In this document: positions 11,817 to 21,083 of the stretch, piece after piece
Layout: the number at the start of each line of letters is the position of its first letter
Numbering within the stretch: the stretch's first letter is position 1
From: an uncultured Gammaproteobacteria bacterium
GTDB taxonomy: Bacteria > Patescibacteriota > Patescibacteriia > UBA1558 > GWA2-36-10
DNA: 51,705 nucleotides
Assembly (NCBI GenBank): GCA_964638415.1
Contig: CAZWYP010000001.1
Span: 1-51,705 of the forward strand
Reading direction: 5' to 3'
Position numbers and translations under genes: made by a program
Notes under the pieces: model-generated
What the model was told of the DNA's origin: nothing
Seen by the model: the letters and a program-made list of their open reading frames with translations, nothing else
The model's database searches: none

Positions 11817-12191
11817 ATGAATAAATACCTAAAACTTCTATTACTTGGCCTGTTAATCTGGGGCATTCCGTTCTTAACCAGTATTTTAGTCTGGGATGTG
11901 CAAGCTAATGCGCCAGCTATTAGTCCAGACTGGTTTTATGCTTTAATGTCTTTCACTGGCATGATTGGCTTTGGCTTAGCTGCTTATGCTTACTTTAAAG
12001 ACCTTAAAGGTAATACTATTAATGAGGGTTGGACTGCTGGTATTATCTGGTATATTGAAATGATTATCCTGGATATGATTTTCCTTATTGGCGTATTCAA
12101 AATGACTATGCCGGAATATTACCCGATGTTCCTAGCTTATGCCGGCACTTTGCTTTTGTCAGTAGTTATCGGCTGGATTAAGAATAAATAA
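11817..12191 (+). CDS. Hypothetical membrane protein, 124 aa (4 TM)
   Basis: Strong AAGGAGGTG SD; hydrophobic; followed by a terminator. Confidence 0.75.
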   Translation: MNKYLKLLLLGLLIWGIPFLTSILVWDVQANAPAISPDWFYALMSFTGMIGFGLAAYAYFKDLKGNTINEGWTAGIIWYIEMIILDMIFLIGVFKMTMPEYYPMFLAYAGTLLLSVVIGWIKNK

Positions 12192-12195
12192 AATA

Positions 12196-12225
12196 AAAAA
12201 CCGTCTATAGCAAAGGGCGGTTTTT
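12196..12225 (+). terminator. Intrinsic terminator
   Basis: AAAAAACCGTC-loop-GGGCGGTTTTTT; a similar hairpin lies near 18037-18067. Confidence 0.7.
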
Positions 12226-12279
12226 TGTTTTGACTTTTACCTTAATTTAAGCTAAATTTAGTGTATTAAATGCAAATAA

Positions 12280-13167
12280 ATGGCTAGAAAAAAAATAATT
12301 TTAGTAACTGGCGGTGCTGGCTTTATTGGTTCCAATCTCATCAAAGAATTGGTTAAAGATAAAAACAACCAAGTCATCTCTTTAGATAACTATTTTACCG
12401 GTTCTAAGCTTAATCATGTGCAAGGAGCCAAATACCTCAAAGGCCACACTAAAGACATTGCTAAACATATTAAAGTTAAACCAGATATTATCTACCACTT
12501 AGGAGAATACTCCCGTGTCGCTGCCAGCCTGCAAGAACCGGCTACTGTCTGGGATTTAAACATTGTCGGTACTTTGGGAGTATTGGAATTCTGGCGCAAA
12601 ATAAAATGCAAATTAGTCTATGCCGGTTCTTCCACTAAATTTAATAATAACAATATTAGAGCCGTGGCCGGTAAAAACCTCGCTCCCTATACCTGGGCTA
12701 AAGCCGTTAACTCCGAACTAGTAGCCAATTATGCCAGCTGGTACAATCTCCCCTATGCCATTGTCTATTTTTACAATGTCTATGGCCCGGGAGAACGCGC
12801 CGGACAGCAAGATAAAGCCTATGGTACGGTTATTGAAACTTTCAAACAAGCCTATTTAAAAAACCAGCCTTTGCCAGTCAGAAAACCAGGAACACAAACC
12901 AGAGCCTTTACTCATGTTAATGACACTGTGCGGGGAATAATCTTAGCCGGCACCAAAGGGCAGGGAGATAACTATGGCATCTGTGCCAAAGAAGTATATT
13001 CTTTACTTGAAGTAGCTAAAATGTTTGGCGGAAAAATTAAAATGCTGGAACAGACCAAAACCAGCCGCTCTTCTGAGGCTATTGATTCAGCTAAAATAAA
13101 AAAGTTGGGCTGGCAACAAAAACATAATCTAGCTGGATACATCAAGGAAATTAAAAAGAAACAATAG
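12280..13167 (+). CDS. NAD-dependent epimerase/dehydratase (extended SDR)
   Basis: TGGAGFIGS, YAGSS, YxxxK (YTWAK), FYNVYGP. Confidence 0.9.
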   Translation: MARKKIILVTGGAGFIGSNLIKELVKDKNNQVISLDNYFTGSKLNHVQGAKYLKGHTKDIAKHIKVKPDIIYHLGEYSRVAASLQEPATVWDLNIVGTLGVLEFWRKIKCKLVYAGSSTKFNNNNIRAVAGKNLAPYTWAKAVNSELVANYASWYNLPYAIVYFYNVYGPGERAGQQDKAYGTVIETFKQAYLKNQPLPVRKPGTQTRAFTHVNDTVRGIILAGTKGQGDNYGICAKEVYSLLEVAKMFGGKIKMLEQTKTSRSSEAIDSAKIKKLGWQQKHNLAGYIKEIKKKQ

Positions 13168-13169
13168 TC

Positions 13170-14348
13170 ATGAAAAAAGTCTTAATTTTCTCTCTAGCAT
13201 ATTACCCTAACCAGGTTTCCGGCGCGGAAGCTGCTATTAAAGAAATTACGGATCGTCTGCCGGACATTGAATGGCATTTAATTACCCTAAGATATAATTC
13301 CCAATTGCCTAAGGTAGAAAAAATTGGAAATGTTCTGGTCTACCGCCTTGGCTTAACTGCCAGTAATCCCTCTTTTGCCGATTTGAACAAATTGCCCTTG
13401 GATCTTAATAAGCCTCTTTACCAACTGCTTGCTCCATTGAAAGGAATGCTACTGCATGGCAAAAACCGCTATGATGCTGTCTGGGCAATAATGGCGCACT
13501 CTGCCGGTGTCCCAGCTGCCTTGTTTAAAATCTTCAACCCAAAAGTAAAATATATTCTCACTCTGCAAGAAGGCGACCCCATTGAACAGATTGAAAAAAC
13601 TCTAAAACCCTTATGGCCTTTATTTACCCGCGCCTTCACTAAAGCAGATAGAGTTCAAGCTATCTCCCGCTACTTGGCAGATTGGGCCTTGATGAGAAAA
13701 GTAGCGACTGACAAAATAGAGATTATCCATAATGGAGCTAATCCTCGGGATCTAAGCGGAGATTTTTCTGCAGATAAGGTAGAAGAAATAAAAAATAAAT
13801 TCGGAAAAAAACCAGATGAAATCTGGTTGGTAAATACCGCCCGGCTAGTTTCCCAAAAAGGCAATGATATCACTATTAGAGCTTTGGCAGAATTACCAGA
13901 TAACATCAAACTACTCTTAGTTGGCGACGGTCCGGAAGAACAGAATCTTAAAAATCTAGCTGAGGAATTAAACTTAACAGCTAGAGTTATCTTTGGCGGG
14001 CGCGTTGACCGCTCAGAAGTGACAGCCTGGCGGCAAGCAGCAGATATTTTTGTCGGCCCCAGTCGCTCCGAAGGCTTGGGCAATGCTTTTCTTTCCGCTA
14101 TGGCCTCCCGCCTGCCGGTTATTGCCACTCGCGAAGGCGGCTTAGCTGAGTTTATCTCTGCTAATACTGCCTGGATTGTAAATAAAGACAATCCCCCGCA
14201 GATTGCTGAGGCAGTAAAAAATATTCTGGCGCATCCGGATAAAGTCAAAACTGTTACTGAACAAGCCAGAAAACTGGTGGAAGAAGAATATGACTGGGAT
14301 CAGGTGGCTAAAAAAATGCAAGCTAAAGTATTTAATATTTTACTCTAA
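13170..14348 (+). CDS. GT4 glycosyltransferase
   Basis: SRSEGLGNAFLSAMASRLPVIAT...GG motif; GT-B layout. Confidence 0.9.
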   Translation: MKKVLIFSLAYYPNQVSGAEAAIKEITDRLPDIEWHLITLRYNSQLPKVEKIGNVLVYRLGLTASNPSFADLNKLPLDLNKPLYQLLAPLKGMLLHGKNRYDAVWAIMAHSAGVPAALFKIFNPKVKYILTLQEGDPIEQIEKTLKPLWPLFTRAFTKADRVQAISRYLADWALMRKVATDKIEIIHNGANPRDLSGDFSADKVEEIKNKFGKKPDEIWLVNTARLVSQKGNDITIRALAELPDNIKLLLVGDGPEEQNLKNLAEELNLTARVIFGGRVDRSEVTAWRQAADIFVGPSRSEGLGNAFLSAMASRLPVIATREGGLAEFISANTAWIVNKDNPPQIAEAVKNILAHPDKVKTVTEQARKLVEEEYDWDQVAKKMQAKVFNILL

Positions 14349-14890
14349 TGTCTCTATTAGAAAAAGCAACTAGAATAATGCTTGAAGCGCATGCTGGACA
14401 AGTGCGTAAAACTGACAACTCTCCCTATTTTGTCCATCCAATTATGGTCGCCTTAAAGCTGGCTAAATACAAATTCCCTGATGAAGTAATTGCCGCCGGA
14501 CTGTTGCATGATGTTCTGGAAGACACTAAATTTCCCGCAAGTAGAATAAAAAAAGAAGTGGGGATAAAAGTTTTGCAGATGGTTCAGGCTTTAAGTGAAG
14601 ATAAGGCTCTGCCTAATTGGGAGGAAAGAAAAATTAAATATTTAAACCAGGTAGCCAAAAGCTCACTGGCTATTAAAGCAGTTTCCTTAGCAGATAAAAT
14701 TCACAATTTAGAAAGCATTTTAGACGGTTATGCTGTCATGGGGAAAAAACTGTGGAGTAAATTTACCCGCGGCAAGGAGCAAAAAATTAAAATGGAAAAA
14801 ACCTTACTAAAAATGTTCAAAAAAAATTGGCGCCATCCGCTAATTAACGAATACGCCAAATTAATAAATAAAGTAGCGAAGTTGAAGTAA
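14348..14890 (+). CDS. Stand-alone RelA/SpoT-type HD hydrolase (Mesh1/SAH-like)
   Basis: HAGQ.RK..PY..HP, LLHDVLEDT, ADKIHNL motifs. Confidence 0.85.
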   Translation: MSLLEKATRIMLEAHAGQVRKTDNSPYFVHPIMVALKLAKYKFPDEVIAAGLLHDVLEDTKFPASRIKKEVGIKVLQMVQALSEDKALPNWEERKIKYLNQVAKSSLAIKAVSLADKIHNLESILDGYAVMGKKLWSKFTRGKEQKIKMEKTLLKMFKKNWRHPLINEYAKLINKVAKLK

Positions 14891-14891
14891 A

Positions 14892-15983
14892 TTAATAAAT
14901 CGCTGCCTGCCTTTGTTTTTCCGCTTCATCCCGCAAGCTGTCCCTAATCTTCCGGTAATCTTCAATAGTATTAGTTGGCAGTTCCTGGCCGGCTAAAACT
15001 GCCATTAACGCTTCGTGCCAAAACTCGATGCGTTTTTTATTTAAGGTAAGTAAATCACCGCTCACTTCCTTTAAAGACTTAGCGTAATGCCTAATTAACT
15101 CTATTAAGCGATAAATTCTTAACAACTGCAAAGATAATGATTCTTCCTGCTCCCTATTATCTCTGACATAATTTACCAGCAGTTTAGCTAATTCCGGATT
15201 ATACAGCATCATAAAATTAATAAACCGGGCCCAGCTTTCATATTTATTACCAAAACGCAAAGAAGTGTGGTCAAGGATATACACTTCATTATCCCGAATC
15301 CGGAAATTATGAGGCACCAAATCCCAGTGAGCCAGCCAGCCGCAATACAAATCTACTATTGGCAAGTTGTCTGCAAAAAATTGCCGAGCTTTGCTTAATG
15401 TCTGTTTAAAGCGCTGATCATCTGCTTTTATGTCTTGTAATTCTGTTAAGTACTGATCTATTTTTTCCAGATAATCTTCAGCCTGCCACCAGCCAAAATC
15501 TTGAGAAATTGATCGCCGATGCTCATAGGTTACAGCCTGTGCTCCTTCTTGCAGAGCAAAAATCTTTAAACTCAGAAAAAACTGCTCCTTTAAATCCTTT
15601 TCTAAGAAAGTGCTCTCTTGGTCAATAAATTCAGTAATTAAAATAGTATATTGCCCGGTGTCGGAAAACAGCAATTTAGCTGGAGATAAGAAAACATTGT
15701 AAGCAAAATTCAGCTTATCCAGCATATTGCGGCTATTATGCTCGCTCTTAATTTCCGCCTGGCCCTCAGGGTCGCTGGAAACTTTAATAATTACTCTCTT
15801 ATCATCTTTAAGCTGCCGTCCGCTTAAAACTAATTTCTTAGCTTTGGCGGAAGAAAATTCACCACCAATTAACGGCTGCTGTTCATCAACGGCAAAACCA
15901 AAATTCTTCAGAATCGGGCGGATAGCCTGCAGCTCCTGCTGGAAATAATCTGACCATGATTTTGCTGTGCTGGATTTAATCAT
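14892..15983 (-). CDS. Protein kinase-like/APH-type phosphotransferase
   Basis: IIK lysine, HWDLVPHN catalytic loop, YILD metal-binding strand. Confidence 0.7.
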   Translation of the reverse strand: MIKSSTAKSWSDYFQQELQAIRPILKNFGFAVDEQQPLIGGEFSSAKAKKLVLSGRQLKDDKRVIIKVSSDPEGQAEIKSEHNSRNMLDKLNFAYNVFLSPAKLLFSDTGQYTILITEFIDQESTFLEKDLKEQFFLSLKIFALQEGAQAVTYEHRRSISQDFGWWQAEDYLEKIDQYLTELQDIKADDQRFKQTLSKARQFFADNLPIVDLYCGWLAHWDLVPHNFRIRDNEVYILDHTSLRFGNKYESWARFINFMMLYNPELAKLLVNYVRDNREQEESLSLQLLRIYRLIELIRHYAKSLKEVSGDLLTLNKKRIEFWHEALMAVLAGQELPTNTIEDYRKIRDSLRDEAEKQRQAAIY

Positions 15984-16971
15984 TGTTTTCAGATGAAGTT
16001 AATAAAGCTTTATTTAAAGCTGTTAAGTGATCATTCCAAGACCAGTTAATTGCCGGTGGTAAGTCTTTAGCTAAAGCGGTTTTAATTTCTTCGGCTAATT
16101 CTGTCACAGAAAAATTGGCAATGTTCTTCAAATGCAAAGCGGAAGTCTTGCTTAAATACTGATCCTGCGCTGAAGAAATCACTCCCAAGAAGATCACTCG
16201 ATCAGCAAGATTAAGCTGCTTAGCTAATTTTTGCAAATCATTTTTCCCCCGGCCTTCTCCGGCTAAATATAACTTAATTTCCGGCCAGTCTTTCACTAAT
16301 AAGGAAAGGGCGGAAAATAAATTAGCTAAATTTGCCCATTCATATAACTTAGTCTGCAGATAAATCTGCTGCTTAATTTTACTGGCTGGAAAAGGTAAAA
16401 TTTCTTCAGCAACTGGTGGTAGCGGGTTGATAATAATTTTCTCCGGCAACACCTGGTAATTCTTAACAGCCAGTTTAGCTAAATTTTCATCAGGAACAAT
16501 TACCTGATCAGCTTGGCGGAGAGTCCAGCGCTGCATTTTAACCAATTGCTTGGTTTTTTTATTATGCCCCGGATTCTGCAAAAAATCTGCCAGAGACTTT
16601 TCAGTAAAGCCTAGAGCTAAAGCTCGCTTCCAAGCTTCATCTTCGCTGAAATTAATAATTACCGGACGACGGCGCAGGCGCTTAGCAATGATGGCCGGCA
16701 AGCCAGCGGCTACCGCATTTTGAGCAATAATTAAATCTGCCGTCTCAGCCAGCTTTAAAAGCTGCCAAGTAAAGCGCCATAATCTTAACAATAAAGGCTG
16801 ATCTTTATCTATGGTAATTAAATTAAAATTCTTGACGGGCAAAGTTTTCCCAGTATAAGCCAAAACCGTTACCTGATTATTCTCAGCTAATTGTTCTGCC
16901 AGTTTTTTTGCATAATTGGCCAAGGGGTCAATTTCTGGCGGGTATAATGGAATGGCAATAATTATTTTCAT
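15976..16971 (-). CDS. GT4-like glycosyltransferase with shortened C-terminus
   Basis: GT4 N-terminal domain and LAGEG...LADRVIFLG present; the E-x7-E segment is not evident. Confidence 0.75.
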   Translation of the reverse strand: MKIIIAIPLYPPEIDPLANYAKKLAEQLAENNQVTVLAYTGKTLPVKNFNLITIDKDQPLLLRLWRFTWQLLKLAETADLIIAQNAVAAGLPAIIAKRLRRRPVIINFSEDEAWKRALALGFTEKSLADFLQNPGHNKKTKQLVKMQRWTLRQADQVIVPDENLAKLAVKNYQVLPEKIIINPLPPVAEEILPFPASKIKQQIYLQTKLYEWANLANLFSALSLLVKDWPEIKLYLAGEGRGKNDLQKLAKQLNLADRVIFLGVISSAQDQYLSKTSALHLKNIANFSVTELAEEIKTALAKDLPPAINWSWNDHLTALNKALLTSSENND

Positions 16972-17114
16972 AGCAATAAGATACTATAACTATAATCCCA
17001 GTAAAGGTCAATAGTCAACCAAGATTAGCTAAAAAAATAAATTGACAATCCTTTATTTATTATATAGTCTGAAGTTAATTAAAAAGTTCCCTACAATCAT
17101 AAGGACTTCCAACT

Positions 17115-18014
17115 ATGTCATCAGACTACCAAAGCTTGGCTATGCTAGCTCAGGCCCGCGACCAAATCATTAACGCCAATCATGACGAACCAGTTAATGT
17201 CGCTGTGGTATTAGGCTCCGGTTTAGGAGAAGGAGCAAAAGAATTATTTACTTGTTGCCAATCCACCATCCTGCCTTATGCTACCATTGCCGGCTGGCCT
17301 AATTACAAAAGCATCAAGCCAGTTAAAGGCCATAAGAACCTACTGCTGCTTGGCAATTTTGTCGGCAAGCATGACAACTACCGTCTGGCTATTATGCAGG
17401 GCCGCCCCCACTATTACCAGGGCTATACTGTCCACGAAACAGTTTTCCTGCTGCGCGCCCTGATTTTAGCCGGAGCCAAAACTGTCATTCTTTGTTCTGC
17501 GGTCGGCGCCGCCAAACGCGGACGTCAGGCTGGTGAAATCGTAGTGATTTCCGATCATCTCAATCTGACTGGAGTCAATCCTTTGATCGGCATTGAAACC
17601 TCCGAGCTATTGATGAGCTGCGGTCCGCAATTTACCGACCAAAGCGAAGTGTATGACAAGCAGCTGGCTAAACATCTACATTCCTCCGGCGCTACCACCA
17701 ATTCCGCCACCTATGCCTTCATGACCGGTCCCAGCTACGAAACGCCTGCAGAGATTCATTCACTGGCGCAGCTGGGAGCATCGGTAGTCGGCATGAGCAT
17801 GCCGCTGGAAGCAATGGCTGCTAACCAGCTGGGCGCTAAAATCGGCGGACTGACGCTAATTACCAATATGGGAGCAGGTTTAGGCGGGAAGCTTTCCCAC
17901 CAAGAAGTGATTGCTATGACTGATTTGAAGCGACCTGACTTTTACTATATCTTATGGCAAGCTTTACTTGACTTGCCCAAACCGTTCTATCATCCAGAAG
18001 TTGCAGACAGCTAG
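17115..18014 (+). CDS. punA: Purine nucleoside phosphorylase (trimeric type)
   Basis: VLGSGLG, QGRPHYY, GPSYETPAEI, VGMS, ITN motifs. Confidence 0.9.
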   Translation: MSSDYQSLAMLAQARDQIINANHDEPVNVAVVLGSGLGEGAKELFTCCQSTILPYATIAGWPNYKSIKPVKGHKNLLLLGNFVGKHDNYRLAIMQGRPHYYQGYTVHETVFLLRALILAGAKTVILCSAVGAAKRGRQAGEIVVISDHLNLTGVNPLIGIETSELLMSCGPQFTDQSEVYDKQLAKHLHSSGATTNSATYAFMTGPSYETPAEIHSLAQLGASVVGMSMPLEAMAANQLGAKIGGLTLITNMGAGLGGKLSHQEVIAMTDLKRPDFYYILWQALLDLPKPFYHPEVADS

Positions 18015-18083
18015 TTTCAACGGAAGTCTCTTATACAAAAAACCGTCCTGTTCCCAGGGCGGTTTTTCCTTTTTACTAAACTT

Positions 18084-18929
18084 TTATTTAAGTAGATTCT
18101 CCCTAATCCTAATTGAATAATCTTCCACATCGCCAATCTCTTGGGAAACCTTGCTAATATTAAATTTCTCCCTGGCTTGTTCAATTGGTAAATCAGTATC
18201 CAATAATCCTGCCGACATTGCTAATTCGTCAGCATGGCCGGTTAATAATAATTCCCAAGACCAGAAGGGAAGCTTAGCCGGCGTTACCTCATTGACATGC
18301 TTAGCAATTAAAGAAGTGCAATTAGCTGTTAAAGTATTATACCACTTGGGATTAGTTGCCAAATCATTCATCTCCACCAGCATATTCCTTAACATAACTT
18401 GGGCTTTAGCGGGAGTGGTTTTTACTGGATAAAGATAAACATCATGCTCTCTAACATTAGCTCTGACTAAAATCGCATCCCGTTCATCGGCGGCAATATA
18501 CATCAAAGGATAAGTTCTGAATAATCCTTTGAAGATATTATAGACTTGCCCTTTGGTTTTTCTGGCTTCAATAGTAAGGCTTAAAAATTTGCCATCGGAA
18601 AACTCCCAGCTTAAAAAAGTATGAGCAGCATTCTTAGTTTCAGAAAAAGGCTCATTGATATACCAGACTTTAACTACTTTATCTAAGTCATAAGTCTCAT
18701 TATAATAGTTGGCAATACTCGGCTCTTCACCGGAGCTGTAGCGGAAATTACGGACATTATAAATAGTGGCTAAATTGCCGTTAAACTCCACTGTTGGCAT
18801 CACCGCTGTGTGTTCCTGCCAGTTTCCTGACAAAGGAGCCGGTAGAAAATACTGCCAAAAGGCAAAAACAGCTATTACTAAGATTAAACCGCCAAAAACG
18901 TATTTAAGTTTTATTTTTTTGAGTTGCAT
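18084..18929 (-). CDS. DUF4105/Lnb N-terminal-like exported protein
   Basis: HTFLSW, IEARK, ADERD, YNTLTANCT pattern; N-terminal TM. Confidence 0.75.
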   Translation of the reverse strand: MQLKKIKLKYVFGGLILVIAVFAFWQYFLPAPLSGNWQEHTAVMPTVEFNGNLATIYNVRNFRYSSGEEPSIANYYNETYDLDKVVKVWYINEPFSETKNAAHTFLSWEFSDGKFLSLTIEARKTKGQVYNIFKGLFRTYPLMYIAADERDAILVRANVREHDVYLYPVKTTPAKAQVMLRNMLVEMNDLATNPKWYNTLTANCTSLIAKHVNEVTPAKLPFWSWELLLTGHADELAMSAGLLDTDLPIEQAREKFNISKVSQEIGDVEDYSIRIRENLLK

Positions 18930-19000
18930 AACTTCTTAATTTTACCGTTTTATTATTAAAAAAACAATAATCCAGTTAAAATACAAAGTTATTTTAACCC

Positions 19001-19029
19001 TTGCCAAACCCAGTTTTTTCTGGTATTAT
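19001..19029 (+). promoter_or_regulatory. Promoter of the tRNA operon
   Basis: TTGCCA-17-TATTAT upstream of tRNA-Ile. Confidence 0.65.
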
Positions 19030-19052
19030 CTTATCTGTTAACTTAAAAATAA

Positions 19053-19129
19053 GGGCATATAGCTCAGTTGGTTAGAGCGCCACACTGATAATGTGGAGGT
19101 CGGAAGTTCAACTCTTCCTATGCCCACCA
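19053..19129 (+). tRNA. tRNA-Ile(GAT)
   Basis: Cloverleaf; anticodon arm CCACA-CTGATAA-TGTGG; encoded CCA. Confidence 0.95.
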
Positions 19130-19130
19130 T

Positions 19131-19205
19131 GCCGCGGTAGCTCAGTGGTAGAGCAGAGGCCTGAAGAGCCTTGTGTCGGTGGTTCGATCCCGCCCCGCGG
19201 CACCA
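19131..19205 (+). tRNA. tRNA-Phe(GAA)
   Basis: Cloverleaf; anticodon loop CTGAAGA; encoded CCA. Confidence 0.95.
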
Positions 19206-19217
19206 TTTTTTTAAAAA

Positions 19218-19294
19218 CGGGGTGTGGCGCAGTTGGCTAGCGCGCGTGCTTTGGGAGCATGAGGTCGGAGGTTCAAGTCCTCTCACCCCGACCA
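19218..19294 (+). tRNA. tRNA-Pro(TGG)
   Basis: Cloverleaf; anticodon loop TTTGGGA; encoded CCA. Confidence 0.95.
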
Positions 19295-19305
19295 TTTAAA
19301 ATATT

Positions 19306-19334
19306 TTGAACCTTTATAATATATATGATATAAT
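19306..19334 (+). promoter_or_regulatory. Internal promoter for the HTH-LAGLIDADG-like ORF and tRNA-Gly(TCC)
   Basis: TTGAAC-17-TATAAT with an extended -10 TG. Confidence 0.6.
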
Positions 19335-19355
19335 ACTATTAGTTAGTTCAATAAT

Positions 19356-20027
19356 ATGATAACTAAAAGTATAAAACAAAAAGCAATAGAATACAGAAAA
19401 CAGGGGTATTCGTATAATTTAATCTCTCAAAAGCTAGATATAGCTAAAAGCACTCTAAGCCATTGGTTAAGAGAAATTCCTTTTAATCCTAACCGAGAAG
19501 TGATAGAGCGAGTACGAGATGCTAGATTAAAATCAGCTAAATTTAAAAATGGACAGCGGTTAGATAATATAATCGCTATGAGGCTGGAAGCTATAAAAGA
19601 GCTGGGCAATATCACTAAAAGAGATCTATGGATGATGGGTATTGGACTATACTTAGGCGAAGGTTCTAAAGCATATGAATATATTAGAATCGCTAATTCT
19701 GATCCTCAGGTTATCAAAATATCTATGAAGTGGTTCAGAGAAATTTGCGGTTTAAAAAATAATAATTTCAGATTAAACCTTCATTTATATCCCGATTCTA
19801 ACATTAAAAAATCTATAAATTACTGGTCGCTCATAACAGGGCTTAGTAAAAATCAATTTGGTAAAATACAAATAGATCGAAGAATTAATAAATCAAAAAA
19901 TAAGAAAAAATTATTACCTAATGGAACGCTCCATATAATAGTAAAAAGTAATGGTAATAAAAAATTGGGGGTAAGCCTTCATAGAAAAATAATGGGCTGG
20001 ATAGAGGCCGTGGAGAATAAAATATAA
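19356..20027 (+). CDS. HTH plus LAGLIDADG-like (homing-endonuclease/WhiA-like) protein
   Basis: N-terminal HTH (GYSYNLISQKLDIAKSTLSHWL); LAGLIDADG-like helix MGIGLYLGEGSK followed by IANSDP; Lys/Ile-rich. Confidence 0.7.
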   Translation: MITKSIKQKAIEYRKQGYSYNLISQKLDIAKSTLSHWLREIPFNPNREVIERVRDARLKSAKFKNGQRLDNIIAMRLEAIKELGNITKRDLWMMGIGLYLGEGSKAYEYIRIANSDPQVIKISMKWFREICGLKNNNFRLNLHLYPDSNIKKSINYWSLITGLSKNQFGKIQIDRRINKSKNKKKLLPNGTLHIIVKSNGNKKLGVSLHRKIMGWIEAVENKI

Positions 20028-20031
20028 TCAA

Positions 20032-20106
20032 GCGGGTATGGTATAATGATTATTATGTCTGCCTTCCAAGCAGACGATACGGGTTTGATTCCCGTTACCC
20101 GCTCCA
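20032..20106 (+). tRNA. tRNA-Gly(TCC) with a non-canonical elbow
   Basis: Cloverleaf; anticodon loop CTTCCAA; D-loop AATGATTA; T-loop TTTGATT; encoded CCA. Confidence 0.9.
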
Positions 20107-20119
20107 GATCTATCAAAAG

Positions 20120-20144
20120 AACAACCCTAAAGGTTGTTTTTTTG
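20120..20144. repeat. 25-bp terminator hairpin, direct repeat copy 1
   Basis: AACAACCCTAAAGGTTGTTTTTTTG, identical to 22280-22304. Confidence 0.9.
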
Positions 20145-20981
20145 CTTTAAAATTTGTCGAGAGGGATATGAATAATTTAACTGTTCGCTATTACTTAATA
20201 AATATAAATAATCAATTAGTTTTTCATCGCTAACTAGGTCTGATGTTTCTAATAAAATAGATACTGCTTTATTTCTTATTGCACCAGAGGGTAATAATAA
20301 CAACCTATCTTTAATTAAATCATAAATCTTTTTTTTCTGCTTAGCCTTTAATTTTGAAACTATTGGTATTAGCTGTCTTAAAATTATATTAATTTCTTCT
20401 TCTGTCTTGGAATCTAACTTATTGATAAATATACTGATCAACTCATCATCTTTTTCAATCCACTGACTGGCTGTTATCAGATCATAATGATATTTACTCT
20501 TTATTATCTTTTGAAAGTCTTGGTAATTATCTTTTAAGATTTTATTAATTTCTTTTTCTAATTTATACAAAATCTTATCATTAGAATAAATAATGCCGTT
20601 GTTCCTGGTACCGGATAATTTTCCTTGGCCGGAATTATAAATAAAATCCAACCTAGCTTGGTGCTGACTAAGTAAATTTTTTATCTTTGCCAAAAATCCT
20701 TGAGACACCTCCTCTTTATGCTGATCTTTAATAAAATAATTATCTGCCGACAATTCACAGCTTATAACCGTCATCTCTAAATCCGGATAAAGTGGGTTCA
20801 TAATAGATACCACTTTATAATCATTATATACAAATTTTTTCAATTCTTTTTCTATCTCTAATAGTTCCTCATAATCATAATCCTTGCCAATGAGCTGGTT
20901 AAACGTATTAATGTTAACTTGCTGCGGGTAATTTATACCATCATGAAGCCAAAATTCAATCTGTTTTAATTTATATTTCAT
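20127..20981 (-). CDS. Hypothetical protein, 284 aa, helical C-terminus
   Basis: Long AT-rich ORF; its stop codon lies inside the terminator repeat. Confidence 0.7.
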   Translation of the reverse strand: MKYKLKQIEFWLHDGINYPQQVNINTFNQLIGKDYDYEELLEIEKELKKFVYNDYKVVSIMNPLYPDLEMTVISCELSADNYFIKDQHKEEVSQGFLAKIKNLLSQHQARLDFIYNSGQGKLSGTRNNGIIYSNDKILYKLEKEINKILKDNYQDFQKIIKSKYHYDLITASQWIEKDDELISIFINKLDSKTEEEINIILRQLIPIVSKLKAKQKKKIYDLIKDRLLLLPSGAIRNKAVSILLETSDLVSDEKLIDYLYLLSNSEQLNYSYPSRQILKQKNNL

Positions 20982-21083
20982 AGAATAATCTTATCATAAA
21001 TTAATAATAACTTAATCTTGACTAAAAAATAATTTTATATTATAACTTACCTAATTTTCTAGTTCTTTAAAAAGGAGATTACT

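Noticed and set aside
13670-14248. Long antisense ORFs (this one and those at 30003, 22719, 31821, 33439 and 34134)
   Set aside because: Shadow frames opposite well-supported genes, without an SD or motifs.
19038-19295. 85-aa minus-strand ORF
   Set aside because: It is the reverse complement of three tRNA genes.
19356-20027. LAGLIDADG-like ORF as a tRNA-intron-encoded endonuclease
   Set aside because: Both flanking tRNAs are complete and uninterrupted, and no intron core is visible.
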